Source of the DNA: Candidatus Saccharimonadales bacterium
GTDB taxonomy: Bacteria; Patescibacteriota; Saccharimonadia; Saccharimonadales; UBA4665
NCBI GenBank assembly: GCA_035480095.1
Contig: DATIIC010000019.1
Location: 17,658-81,657, forward strand
Direction: 5' to 3'
Length of the DNA stretch: 64,000 bases
Both the position numbers and the translations under genes were made by a program. Positions 38,149-46,475 of the stretch are shown here, piece by piece; positions within the stretch are counted from its first letter, which is position 1; each line of letters begins with the position of its first letter. Under the pieces are notes generated by a model that saw nothing but the letters and a program-made list of their open reading frames with translations, searched no databases and was not told the origin of the DNA.

Positions 38149-39705
38149 TTAGTTATTTGCCTCTTTCTTGGGTGCGACTTTGTAGCTTTCAGCAATCTGG
38201 TTGGCGACTTTCATGACTTGCTCGTTCTGCTCGTCGGTGGGTTTGTCGCCGGTGTTGATGGCTTCAGTGAGTTTGGCGTGCTTGCTCTTAAGTTCGCGGA
38301 GCAGGGCTTCGCGGGCAGCATCGATTTTTTCAATCGGCACAATGTCGAACGCGCCGTTGTTGGCGGCGTACAGCACGCTGTACATTTCCCAGATGGCGTA
38401 GGGGCTGTACTGGGGCTGCTTCAGCAGTTCAGTTAGGCGCTGGCCGCGCTCGATGGTGTGGCGGGTGTCGTCGTCCAGGTCGGTCGAGAACTGGCTGAAG
38501 GCGGCTAGTTCGCGGAACTGCGCCAGGCTCAGCTTCATACCACCACCAGCTGCTTTGATGGCCTTGGTCTGGGCGTCACCACCCACGCGGGATACCGAAA
38601 GACCGACAGAAATTGCGGGGCGGATACCCTGGTAGAACAGGGAAGTTTCCAGGAAAATCTGACCGTCGGTAATGGAAATGACGTTTGTCGGAATGTACGC
38701 CGAAATGTCACCGGCCTGGGTTTCGATGATGGGCAGGGCGGTCAATGAGCCCGCACCCAGGTCATCAGAAAGCTTCGCAGCGCGCTCCAGCAGGCGAGAG
38801 TGCAGGTAGAAGACATCACCCGGGTAAGCTTCGCGGCCCGGCGGGCGGCGCAGCAGCAGCGACATCTGGCGGTAAGCCTGGGCGTGCTTGGTCAGGTCGT
38901 CGTAGATGATGAGGGCGTGTTGCTTGTTGTCGCGGAAATATTCGCCCATGGCGGCACCGGCGTACGGCGCCAGGTACAGCATGGCGGCCGGGTCGGACGG
39001 GGAAGTGGCCACGATGATGGTCTGGTCCATGACCCCCTCGCGCTTCAGGCGCTCCTGCAGGGCGGCCACCTTAGACAGCTTCTGGCCGATAGCGACATAG
39101 ACGTTAATCACACCGGTCTTCTGGCGGGCCTGGTTCACCATGGTATCGACCGCGATGGCGGTTTTACCCGTCTGGCGGTCACCGATGATGAGCTCGCGCT
39201 GGCCGCGGCCGATGGGCACCATGGCGTCAATCGCCACCAACCCGGTCATCATGGGCTCATGCACGTGTTTGCGGGCCAACACGCCAGGGGCGGGACGCTC
39301 CACGCGGCTTTTTTGCTTGGCCTTGATGGGCTCGCCGCCGTCCAGCGGGTTGCCCAACGGGTCGACCACGCGGCCGACCAGCTCCGGGCCGACCGGTACT
39401 TCCAGCACCTGGCCGCTTAAGCGCACGGTGGCACCGGCTTTTACATCGGTACCGTCACCCAGGATTACGGCGCCGATTTCGTCTTCGGCGAGGTTAAACG
39501 CAAACGCGGTTACTTTCTGGCCCGAAATGCCGTCAATGTCGAGCATTTCGTTATAGCCGGCGTCGCTTAAGCCGTAAATCCAGGCAATGCCGTCACCCAC
39601 ACGGGTAACCACACCTACGTTTTCAACTTCCGGACGGCTCTTAAGTTCGGCAATGGCTGCGCGAATGTCCGCCGAAAGATCTGTGATTGATAATTCAGCC
39701 ATCAC
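38149..39705 (-). CDS. atpA: F1 ATP synthase alpha subunit
   Basis: This 518-aa protein has Walker [10 protein letters not shown] and conserved alpha-subunit blocks. Confidence 0.97.
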   Translation of the reverse strand: MMAELSITDLSADIRAAIAELKSRPEVENVGVVTRVGDGIAWIYGLSDAGYNEMLDIDGISGQKVTAFAFNLAEDEIGAVILGDGTDVKAGATVRLSGQVLEVPVGPELVGRVVDPLGNPLDGGEPIKAKQKSRVERPAPGVLARKHVHEPMMTGLVAIDAMVPIGRGQRELIIGDRQTGKTAIAVDTMVNQARQKTGVINVYVAIGQKLSKVAALQERLKREGVMDQTIIVATSPSDPAAMLYLAPYAGAAMGEYFRDNKQHALIIYDDLTKHAQAYRQMSLLLRRPPGREAYPGDVFYLHSRLLERAAKLSDDLGAGSLTALPIIETQAGDISAYIPTNVISITDGQIFLETSLFYQGIRPAISVGLSVSRVGGDAQTKAIKAAGGGMKLSLAQFRELAAFSQFSTDLDDDTRHTIERGQRLTELLKQPQYSPYAIWEMYSVLYAANNGAFDIVPIEKIDAAREALLRELKSKHAKLTEAINTGDKPTDEQNEQVMKVANQIAESYKVAPKKEANN

Positions 39706-40140
39706 TTATTCCTTTCCAGCTCCTGTGAGTTGTTTAAATCTGTTCAGTTTAGCCCTAACGCTCAAGTCCAGCCGTTGGTTGGCCACACTTAAGCGCACGC
39801 CGCCGACTACGGTCGGGTCGGCGATGTCGGTCACGGTGACCTTTTCGGCCTTGGGGTAGAGCGCCTTGGCTTGCTTTGCGATTTCGCGCTTAGTGGCTTC
39901 GTCCAGCGGGTGCGCGCTGCGCGCCAGTACTTCTACGTAGCCCACCCGCGCCCAGTCGGCGCTGATGTCACGCAAGATGCTGTCCAGTTCGCCCGTCCGC
40001 CTGGCCTCCAGCAGGTACGATGCCACCGACTCGATGTATTTCTGGCGGTCGCGGACATACTCTTTGGTGCCATGGACATCCGTGTAGTACAGATGGGCGG
40101 CGATGGCCTCGGCGATGTCATGACGGGGAACTTTTGCCAT
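39706..40140 (-). CDS. atpH: F1 ATP synthase delta (OSCP) subunit, short form
   Basis: This 144-aa protein has the C-terminal motif VVGGVRLSVANQRLDLSVRAKL. Its position between atpF and atpA supports the call. Confidence 0.8.
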   Translation of the reverse strand: MAKVPRHDIAEAIAAHLYYTDVHGTKEYVRDRQKYIESVASYLLEARRTGELDSILRDISADWARVGYVEVLARSAHPLDEATKREIAKQAKALYPKAEKVTVTDIADPTVVGGVRLSVANQRLDLSVRAKLNRFKQLTGAGKE

Positions 40141-40143
40141 AGT

Positions 40144-40683
40144 TTAAGCGCGACCTTTCAGAGCGGCGTCAATGAGCGCGGCGTCTTTCTTGGCATCGAC
40201 TTTCTCGCCGATGATGGCTTCAGTCGCGTCCGAAACCAGCCCCACAATTTCGCTTTCCAGAGCTTTGCGCGCCCGAGCCATTTCGGTCTTGGCACGCTCT
40301 TCGCCTTCTTTGACGATGACAGCAGCTTTTTCGGCAGCCTTGGCCTCGGCACCGCGCACCGTGTCACGGGCGGTCTCTTCGGCTCCGGCGACAATCGCGT
40401 CGGCCTCCTGGCGGGCTTTGGCTAGTTCATCCGCCACCTTGGCTTCCAGGGCAGCTTTGTCTTTCTTCATCTGCTCGCCCAGCTCCACGCCGGCTTCGAT
40501 GGTTTTGCGCCGCTCGTCCATGATGCGCACAATCGGCCCAAACGCCCATTTCTTGAGCACCAAAAACGCCAGCGCAAACGTAACCAGCTGGATGACCAGC
40601 GCTTTGCCGTCAATACCCAGCGCCCCGATGCCGGAAGCGCCTGACTCTGCTGCAAAATTAGTTGATAGTATGTCTAGCATCAA
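40144..40683 (-). CDS. atpF: Fo ATP synthase subunit b
   Basis: This 179-aa protein has one N-terminal TM helix followed by a long Ala/Glu/Lys-rich helix. Confidence 0.85.
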   Translation of the reverse strand: MMLDILSTNFAAESGASGIGALGIDGKALVIQLVTFALAFLVLKKWAFGPIVRIMDERRKTIEAGVELGEQMKKDKAALEAKVADELAKARQEADAIVAGAEETARDTVRGAEAKAAEKAAVIVKEGEERAKTEMARARKALESEIVGLVSDATEAIIGEKVDAKKDAALIDAALKGRA

Positions 40684-40689
40684 AATTCC

Positions 40690-40923
40690 TTATTTCACGA
40701 AGAACGTCGAAGCGAAGGCCAACAGTCCGTAAACCTCAATCAGACCCACGAACACCAGGGCCTGGCCCAAGAACTTTGCGGCCTCTGGGTTGCGCCCAAC
40801 GGCGTTTAGGTAGTTGGCGCCCACCAGGCCGATGCCGATGGTTGGGCCAATGAACCCGGCGCCAATCATGATGCCGTGCCCAATCACCGAAGTGTTGACT
40901 GCCTCTGCTAGTAATGAAACCAT
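40690..40923 (-). CDS. atpE: Fo ATP synthase subunit c
   Basis: This 77-aa hairpin protein has a GxGxGxG-like helix 1 and the carboxylate in GLIEVYGLL. AAGGAG lies upstream. Confidence 0.9.
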   Translation of the reverse strand: MVSLLAEAVNTSVIGHGIMIGAGFIGPTIGIGLVGANYLNAVGRNPEAAKFLGQALVFVGLIEVYGLLAFASTFFVK

Positions 40924-40963
40924 TTTAATATTCTCCTTTGTTTACAGTAATGGAAATCTGCGA

Positions 40964-41083
40964 AGACCGTTGCAAAATGGTGCAGTGTGGGATGAACGGG
41001 GAGCACCGAAGCGCAGCGTACTTTCGGTACGTGAGCATCGGAGCGCAGCCGTTCGCCCGCAATGTGCCGTTTTGCAACGGTCT
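40964..41083 (-). promoter_or_regulatory. structured atpB-atpE intergenic element (14-bp perfect long-range inverted repeat enclosing internal hairpins)
   Basis: AGACCGTTGCAAAA (40964..40977) is complementary to TTTTGCAACGGTCT (41070..41083). The interior holds an ACCGAA/TTCGGT hairpin and the direct repeat CG(A/G)AGCGCAGC. Confidence 0.5.
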
Positions 41084-41940
41084 CATCCGTTTGCTCCTTC
41101 GGGCACCAACTCGTGGCTACCATGCTCATCAGCGTGTGAGTGCGCGCTGTTGACCGCGATAGCCAAGTAGTTGACGCCAAGGATAACGAAAATGTAAGCC
41201 TGCAGGGCGCCCACACCCAGTTCCAGCAGGGTAAACGGCAGCGCCGTGATGGGCGATAGGATGCTCAGAGGTGCCAGCATGCTGCCCAGGAACGCAAACA
41301 CGGCAATCACGATTTCGCCGATGGTCACGTTCAGGAACAACCGGAGCGCCAGGCTAAGTGCCCGGGTGAGGTCGGTCAGCATCTCAATCAACCCAATCAC
41401 TAGGTACAGCGGGTTCAGTGGACTACCAATGAAGAAGTGGCGGATGTACTTGCCAAAGCCACCAACCTCGCGAATCGAAGCAATATAGACATAAACCATC
41501 GTGATTAGGCCCATGCCGAGCGTCAGGTTCAGGTCGCCGGTAATCGGCCGGAACGCCGGGTGGCCGTGAATCTGGATGGCGTCACCGACGCCGGGAATCA
41601 GCCCCGACCAGTTGTTCAAAAGCACAAAGAAAAACAATGTGACGAAGAATGGCACGTATTTGCGCGCCACCGTTTTGTCCGTAAAAGCATTTTCCACCAA
41701 ATCAACCACAAAGGTGACTACGGCTTCGACATACTGGATGACGCCGCCCTTGGGCTTAACGGTTACCCGGCGGGCCAGCGCGGCCAGGCTGAGCGCCAAA
41801 AACAGGCAGACTACCCAACCCCAAACCATGGAGTTGGTGATGTGGATGCCCCACAGCGTGAAATCGGTGCCGGGCGCCACATGGATGCTTGGGCCGCTTT
41901 CGGCGCCAAACCGGGTGAAAAGGGAAGACAGGCCGAACAT
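41083..41940 (-). CDS. atpB: Fo ATP synthase subunit a
   Basis: This 285-aa polytopic protein has the conserved Arg region LSLALRLFLNVTIGE. Confidence 0.9.
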   Translation of the reverse strand: MFGLSSLFTRFGAESGPSIHVAPGTDFTLWGIHITNSMVWGWVVCLFLALSLAALARRVTVKPKGGVIQYVEAVVTFVVDLVENAFTDKTVARKYVPFFVTLFFFVLLNNWSGLIPGVGDAIQIHGHPAFRPITGDLNLTLGMGLITMVYVYIASIREVGGFGKYIRHFFIGSPLNPLYLVIGLIEMLTDLTRALSLALRLFLNVTIGEIVIAVFAFLGSMLAPLSILSPITALPFTLLELGVGALQAYIFVILGVNYLAIAVNSAHSHADEHGSHELVPEGANG

Positions 41941-42293
41941 TACTCGTCGTCCTCCGCATCAAAGCGCTTACGGACTTCGCGGCGCTGTTTTTCGGTGAGT
42001 TTAGGCACGGGGATTTGGTTCGCAACTTGGATGGCGCGCCACATCACCACGCCCGTACCCGCTAGCGCCAAGCCCAGGCCGACGAACGTCCAGATGTAGC
42101 CAGTGCCGAAGTGCTTGTCTGCCTGTACGCCAACAAAAACCGGCACCAACACCACAATAGCCAATTGCCAGCTCATGTTGAGAGCGGTGACTACAAACGC
42201 CTGGCGGGCGTTGGTGTTTTTGGGGCTTTTAGATGCGGGGCGCATATGGCCTCCCCTCGTTTTAGTCGTCGTATACGCGGCGGCTTGGGTCAT
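41940..42293 (-). CDS. atpZ: AtpZ/AtpI-like small membrane protein (ATPase_gene1 family)
   Basis: It has two TM helices (WQLAIVVLVPVFVGV..., WTFVGLGLALAGTGVV) and its stop overlaps the atpB start by 1 nt. The start is either 42293 or 42245, and the latter has the stronger GAGGGGAGG. Confidence 0.6.
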   Translation of the reverse strand: MTQAAAYTTTKTRGGHMRPASKSPKNTNARQAFVVTALNMSWQLAIVVLVPVFVGVQADKHFGTGYIWTFVGLGLALAGTGVVMWRAIQVANQIPVPKLTEKQRREVRKRFDAEDDE

Positions 42294-42379
42294 TTCCCTA
42301 CCACTATAGCAGACAGGGGTGGGGGATGCAATGCTATGGGGACCTAAACACGGTAGAAAATAGGCACAACAGACGAGCA

Positions 42380-42408
42380 TTGATTAAAATCGTACAATGT
42401 GACATAAT
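42380..42408 (+). promoter_or_regulatory. sigma-70-type promoter TTGATT-17-CATAAT, 6 nt upstream of ATG 42415 (leaderless arrangement)
   Basis: The hexamers sit at 42380..42385 and 42403..42408. ATAGCT and then ATG follow. Confidence 0.55.
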
Positions 42409-42414
42409 ATAGCT

Positions 42415-43209
42415 ATGCATCAGCCTTCGGACGGAAACCCCTTTGCCACCACGCCTGGGCCCGAGCAGCCTTGGAGCGTCGTAGACGAAGTCGTCCGCGA
42501 CAACTGGCTGAGCTTTTACTATAGCCGGGGAGATACAAGCACCCAGGCCCACCTGACTAGACTCTTCGTAGACACCTATACAACCTGGCCCGCTAAAAAG
42601 CGTACTGAGCTCCTCGGCAAGCTAGGAGATGTCGTCACGGCCACACTCGGCATACGCGAACCCCGGCCGGACAGACATGTCGAAATAGACGATGGTGCTC
42701 GGGCGAACCAAATCGACCTACAGATAAATCGGTTCCAGAAAGCCGTGCGGCGAGGCCCATTAAGCGAAAGACGCAGGCGTGTTGTCAGCCAGTGGGCTCT
42801 ACAAGGCATGTTCGATAGAGACAATCTGTATCAAATAAAGGGCCGGCCTGGCCGGGACGTTACCGACAAATACACCAGCTCGGTGCGCGAGTACGTCCTA
42901 GATAATAAGCCGGCACGCTCCGACGCCTACGAGACCATATTCACCGACATGCGAGCACGCTCATTCAAATACGGCCTGCCCTTGGGTGCAGGCATGCTGC
43001 GGGCACGCTGGGAGCGTCGCCACCGCGGCCACGGCCAACAGTTCTTCCCAGAGAGCTACGCTTGGGACTACCAAAACAACGCCACCCGCTTAGCGCGACT
43101 GCACAACACTGTCGGTTACGCTATCGGGAGGCCACTCAGTTTTGGCGTGGATCTTATCCGCAGGCCGTATTATTGGCTGAAGACTACGTTACAACGAGAC
43201 ACGGCCTAG
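42415..43209 (+). CDS. hypothetical protein
   Basis: This 264-aa basic ORF has a leaderless-type promoter. No motif was recognised. Confidence 0.5.
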   Translation: MHQPSDGNPFATTPGPEQPWSVVDEVVRDNWLSFYYSRGDTSTQAHLTRLFVDTYTTWPAKKRTELLGKLGDVVTATLGIREPRPDRHVEIDDGARANQIDLQINRFQKAVRRGPLSERRRRVVSQWALQGMFDRDNLYQIKGRPGRDVTDKYTSSVREYVLDNKPARSDAYETIFTDMRARSFKYGLPLGAGMLRARWERRHRGHGQQFFPESYAWDYQNNATRLARLHNTVGYAIGRPLSFGVDLIRRPYYWLKTTLQRDTA

Positions 43210-43263
43210 ACAGCCCCTTAACACCTTTGCTATACTAAATATAGTAAGAAAGGATTGCTAGCC

Positions 43264-43509
43264 ATGTCCCAAACTACCCCTGTTATCGTTTACGGAGCCG
43301 AGTGGTGCGCCTTCTGCCACGTCGCCATGAAGTACTTCGACCAGAAGGGTGTGAAATACGAATACCGCGATGTCGACACCAACCAAGACTGGATTAAAGA
43401 ATCCGTCCAAAAATCCGGCCAGACCGGCATCCCGGTGCTGGACTTCGGCGGCGGCAAAGTCGTCGTCGGCTTCGACCGCCCGGCCATCGACGCGGCGTTG
43501 GCCGCTTAA
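43264..43509 (+). CDS. glutaredoxin-like protein (NrdH/Grx fold)
   Basis: VIVYGAEWCAFCHVAMKYFDQKGVKYEYRDVD...GIPVLDFGG contains a CxxC active site. AAAGGA lies upstream. Confidence 0.8.
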   Translation: MSQTTPVIVYGAEWCAFCHVAMKYFDQKGVKYEYRDVDTNQDWIKESVQKSGQTGIPVLDFGGGKVVVGFDRPAIDAALAA

Positions 43510-43594
43510 AACCTCCGCTCGGTAAGAAATCTAACTTCTTACGGCTCTTTGGTGCCATATAGTTACTTTAGTATCAGCTGCTAAAGGAGGTGTT

Positions 43595-44047
43595 ATGGGA
43601 GTAGGTGAGCTGCGCACAGATGTACTACCGGACCAGGCCGAGACCGGACCAATCGGGTTCGATGTCCCGGCTTTTTTCATAGATGACGGCCTTGACCCTG
43701 GGCCCTCCGACCGTTTGCAAGCAGCCCGGGTCTATTTACTGTCATCACCAGAGGCAGCAGAACATAGCCTGCTGGCATACGACCCCTTTAACCCTACAGC
43801 AGACTCAATCTGGCACGATCTCGTGAATGACCGTTCGACACGTACCTCATACTGGTTCGATGATGCAACTATGGCAGCCATCGACCGGAACAAAGACTAC
43901 CAAAAGTTACGACGCACCACAGGCGAGGATGCCCAGTTCCGGCTGCGCATGCTTCGTCTGCAACTGTTTCTGAACGAAGTCAAAACCAGGCGGCAAGTGG
44001 GTGCCACCGCCCTAGACGCCACGCAACAAGCCGCCGAAGCAGCTTAA
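43595..44047 (+). CDS. hypothetical protein
   Basis: This 150-aa ORF has AAGGAGG 4 nt upstream of its ATG. Confidence 0.5.
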   Translation: MGVGELRTDVLPDQAETGPIGFDVPAFFIDDGLDPGPSDRLQAARVYLLSSPEAAEHSLLAYDPFNPTADSIWHDLVNDRSTRTSYWFDDATMAAIDRNKDYQKLRRTTGEDAQFRLRMLRLQLFLNEVKTRRQVGATALDATQQAAEAA

Positions 44048-44072
44048 GCCGCGGTATAATGGGTGCCAGGTT

Positions 44073-44642
44073 ATGGCATTCGAGGATTTTTCGACCAAAG
44101 AGTCGGTAGTGGTGGTGTATACCGGCGAGGGCAAGGGCAAAACCAGTGCCTCGCTGGGGCTGTTAACGCGCGCCCTGGGCAACCGCTGGAACGTGGCGTT
44201 TATCCAATTTATAAAATACTGGGGCGTAGGCGAGCACGTGTTCATCCGCGACATCATGCCGCTTTTTAAAGACCAGCTGATGTTCTACAAGGGCGGCAAG
44301 GGGTTTTACGACGCCGGCGAGCTGTCCGCCAGCCAAATCACCCCGAAGCAGCACAAGCAGGCGGCCCAAGAAACCTATGAGGTAGCCCTGGAAGCCGCCA
44401 AATCCGGCAAGTACAACCTGGTGATTTGCGACGAAATCAACAACGCTGTCCATGACGGCCTCGTTAGCAGAGGCCAGTTGCAGGCCCTCCTGGAGGCCCA
44501 CAGCCCCAAAACCAGCCTGTGCCTTACGGGTAGGGACTTTCCTGAAGATTTACTGCAGTACGTCGACATCGCCACCAACATGTCCAAAATAAAGCACCAT
44601 TTCGACGACAAATTCCTGGCGAACAAAGGGATTGATTTTTAG
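44073..44642 (+). CDS. cobO: cob(I)yrinic acid a,c-diamide adenosyltransferase (CobA/CobO/BtuR family)
   Basis: It has the P-loop-like motif YTGEGKGKTSASLG, plus FIQFIK and VICDEINNAV. TATAAT (44055..44060) lies 12 nt upstream. Confidence 0.8.
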   Translation: MAFEDFSTKESVVVVYTGEGKGKTSASLGLLTRALGNRWNVAFIQFIKYWGVGEHVFIRDIMPLFKDQLMFYKGGKGFYDAGELSASQITPKQHKQAAQETYEVALEAAKSGKYNLVICDEINNAVHDGLVSRGQLQALLEAHSPKTSLCLTGRDFPEDLLQYVDIATNMSKIKHHFDDKFLANKGIDF

Positions 44643-44667
44643 AACATAGCAACAAGCTCGTGCTAGT

Positions 44668-45813
44668 ATGGGTAGTCAGGAAACCCCCATGGTCCTAACC
44701 CAAGAAACACTTCCCGAAGCAGCCGGCGCGCTGCCGCCAGTCGAACCCGAACAACCACGTTTAGTGGTTTTTTATAACCCCAATTCCACTAACGCCCGTG
44801 AGCATTGGGAAGAAACCAAACAAAGGCTGGGACGACTCGCCTCACGGGCGGGCTACCTACTGGAAACCGTCGAGACCAAGCAAGACCCGGAAGAAGACCG
44901 GGAGCAGGTATATAGCAGCGTCCGAAAGGGAGATGTGATTGGCGCGGCTTCCGGCGATGGTTATCTCAATCGCCTCGCGGAAGCTTTGCAGCGTGACGAC
45001 GCACCGCAGCATGTAGCCGAAGCACCGATCCTGGCTGTACCCATGGGCAACAAGAGCGACCTGGCCAACACCTTTAACCGCTTTGGGTGGTGGAATTTCT
45101 TGGGCTTAGGCTGGCGCCGCATCGCCAAGGCGCTAAAGGAGCGGCGCACGGTACCGATGTACCCGATGGTGGCAGAATTCAAGCCCGATGCCAAACCCGA
45201 GGATTCTGCCGAAGGCTTGCCGGCTAGCTTTAAAAAGCTTGTTGTGTATGTGCTGGCCTTTGGACTCACCGGTAGGGGCGCGGACACAATTAATAATCCG
45301 GCCTGGCGGAAGGAGCATCAACAGCCTGCTTCCAAAGCTTTAGGTCCCATAGCGCGAATACCAGCCGTAACTCAAGCAATACGACTGTGGCGAGAGGTTA
45401 AGATGGTGGCAACACTCATCCGCGAGAGTAAGCCCATCCAGGTTGGCGAGGGTTCGGATGCGTACCCCGATAGTCAACAGGCGCCTAGCCCCTACATCGA
45501 TTACTCCATCTTTAATGGTCCACGGGCGGCCGGCTCGATGCACAATATGATTCAGCCCTACACCAAAGAGATACTGATTTCCAAAACACGCGGCCTGGTG
45601 GGTGCCGCGGTCAATCTGCTCGCCCGCGTATCACACCTCGGTTTTGGCATCTGGCACAACGGGTCGCACACACTTAATCTCGCCCAGGACACACCCATGA
45701 CGTTCGACGGCGAAGCATTCAACGCCCCGGCCGGACAGGTGAAGGTGACACACGCCGAAAAAGCCCTGAATTTCATCACCTCCAAACGCAAATATTGGGA
45801 CAGGCGCGAATAG
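44668..45813 (+). CDS. diacylglycerol/lipid kinase catalytic-domain family protein (divergent)
   Basis: LVVFYNPNSTN... and GDVIGAASGDGYLNRLAEAL resemble the DAGK_cat GGDGT region. Confidence 0.55.
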   Translation: MGSQETPMVLTQETLPEAAGALPPVEPEQPRLVVFYNPNSTNAREHWEETKQRLGRLASRAGYLLETVETKQDPEEDREQVYSSVRKGDVIGAASGDGYLNRLAEALQRDDAPQHVAEAPILAVPMGNKSDLANTFNRFGWWNFLGLGWRRIAKALKERRTVPMYPMVAEFKPDAKPEDSAEGLPASFKKLVVYVLAFGLTGRGADTINNPAWRKEHQQPASKALGPIARIPAVTQAIRLWREVKMVATLIRESKPIQVGEGSDAYPDSQQAPSPYIDYSIFNGPRAAGSMHNMIQPYTKEILISKTRGLVGAAVNLLARVSHLGFGIWHNGSHTLNLAQDTPMTFDGEAFNAPAGQVKVTHAEKALNFITSKRKYWDRRE

Positions 45814-45832
45814 TTTAGGCCTGGCGAGAGCC

Positions 45833-45841
45833 TGCTATACT
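45833..45841 (+). promoter_or_regulatory. extended -10 box TGCTATACT, 8 nt upstream of ATG 45850
   Basis: TGCTATACT is followed by GGCCGGGT and then ATG. Confidence 0.5.
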
Positions 45842-45849
45842 GGCCGGGT

Positions 45850-46422
45850 ATGAGCAGACTGCGGCGCAGACACAAGGTTAGTTTGGTTTCGCTATTGCTG
45901 CTGATGTTTCTGCTGATTGGCCAGTGGCAGGGGTGGTTCGGGCAAGCCGCCAAGGGGGTGCTGACGAATCAGCCGGGGCTGTACAACGTTGACCACTTCG
46001 TGGACGGCGACACGATTGCGGTTAAGATGAACGGCGTATCGGAAACGATTCGGTTCATCGGCATCGACACGCCGGAAACGCACAAGCCGAATACGCCGGT
46101 GCAATGTTACGGACCGGCCGCGGCGGCCTACACCAAAAACCGCATCGGTACACAGCGCATCCGCCTAGTTTCCGACTCCTTAAGCACCAACCGCGACCGC
46201 TACAACCGCCTGCTGCGGTATGTGTACCTGCCGGACGACACCAACCTAGACCAAGAATTGGTTGCCAAGGGCTATGCCTTTGCGTATGTGTCGTTCCCGT
46301 TCACCAAGTCTGATGACTTCGCTGCCGCCCAGAAGGCCGCACGGCAAGGCAACAAAGGCCTCTGGGGCAATTGCAAGCCCTACCAGGAAGCAAGCGGCCG
46401 TTGGCAGAGCAATAACCAATAG
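45850..46422 (+). CDS. thermonuclease (staphylococcal nuclease-like), membrane-anchored or secreted
   Basis: It has an N-terminal hydrophobic helix, then VDGDTIAV...IRFIGIDTPE...RYNRLLRYVY...LVAKGYA. Confidence 0.85.
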   Translation: MSRLRRRHKVSLVSLLLLMFLLIGQWQGWFGQAAKGVLTNQPGLYNVDHFVDGDTIAVKMNGVSETIRFIGIDTPETHKPNTPVQCYGPAAAAYTKNRIGTQRIRLVSDSLSTNRDRYNRLLRYVYLPDDTNLDQELVAKGYAFAYVSFPFTKSDDFAAAQKAARQGNKGLWGNCKPYQEASGRWQSNNQ

Positions 46423-46440
46423 CAGCTGGCGCTTGGTAAA

Positions 46441-46469
46441 TTGGCACAAGCGCCATTTTATGTTATAAT
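46441..46469 (+). promoter_or_regulatory. near-consensus promoter TTGGCA-17-TATAAT, 6 nt upstream of ATG 46476 (leaderless sigma-factor mRNA)
   Basis: The hexamers sit at 46441..46446 and 46464..46469. TCTGCT and then ATG follow. Confidence 0.65.
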
Positions 46470-46475
46470 TCTGCT

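Noticed and set aside
38800-39420. A 206-aa plus-strand ORF inside atpA
   Set aside because: It is antisense to a highly conserved atpA. It is a GC-rich antisense artefact.
40938-41153. A 71-aa plus-strand ORF in the atpB-atpE spacer
   Set aside because: It lies on the wrong strand inside an operon, and the region is better explained by the inverted-repeat RNA structure.
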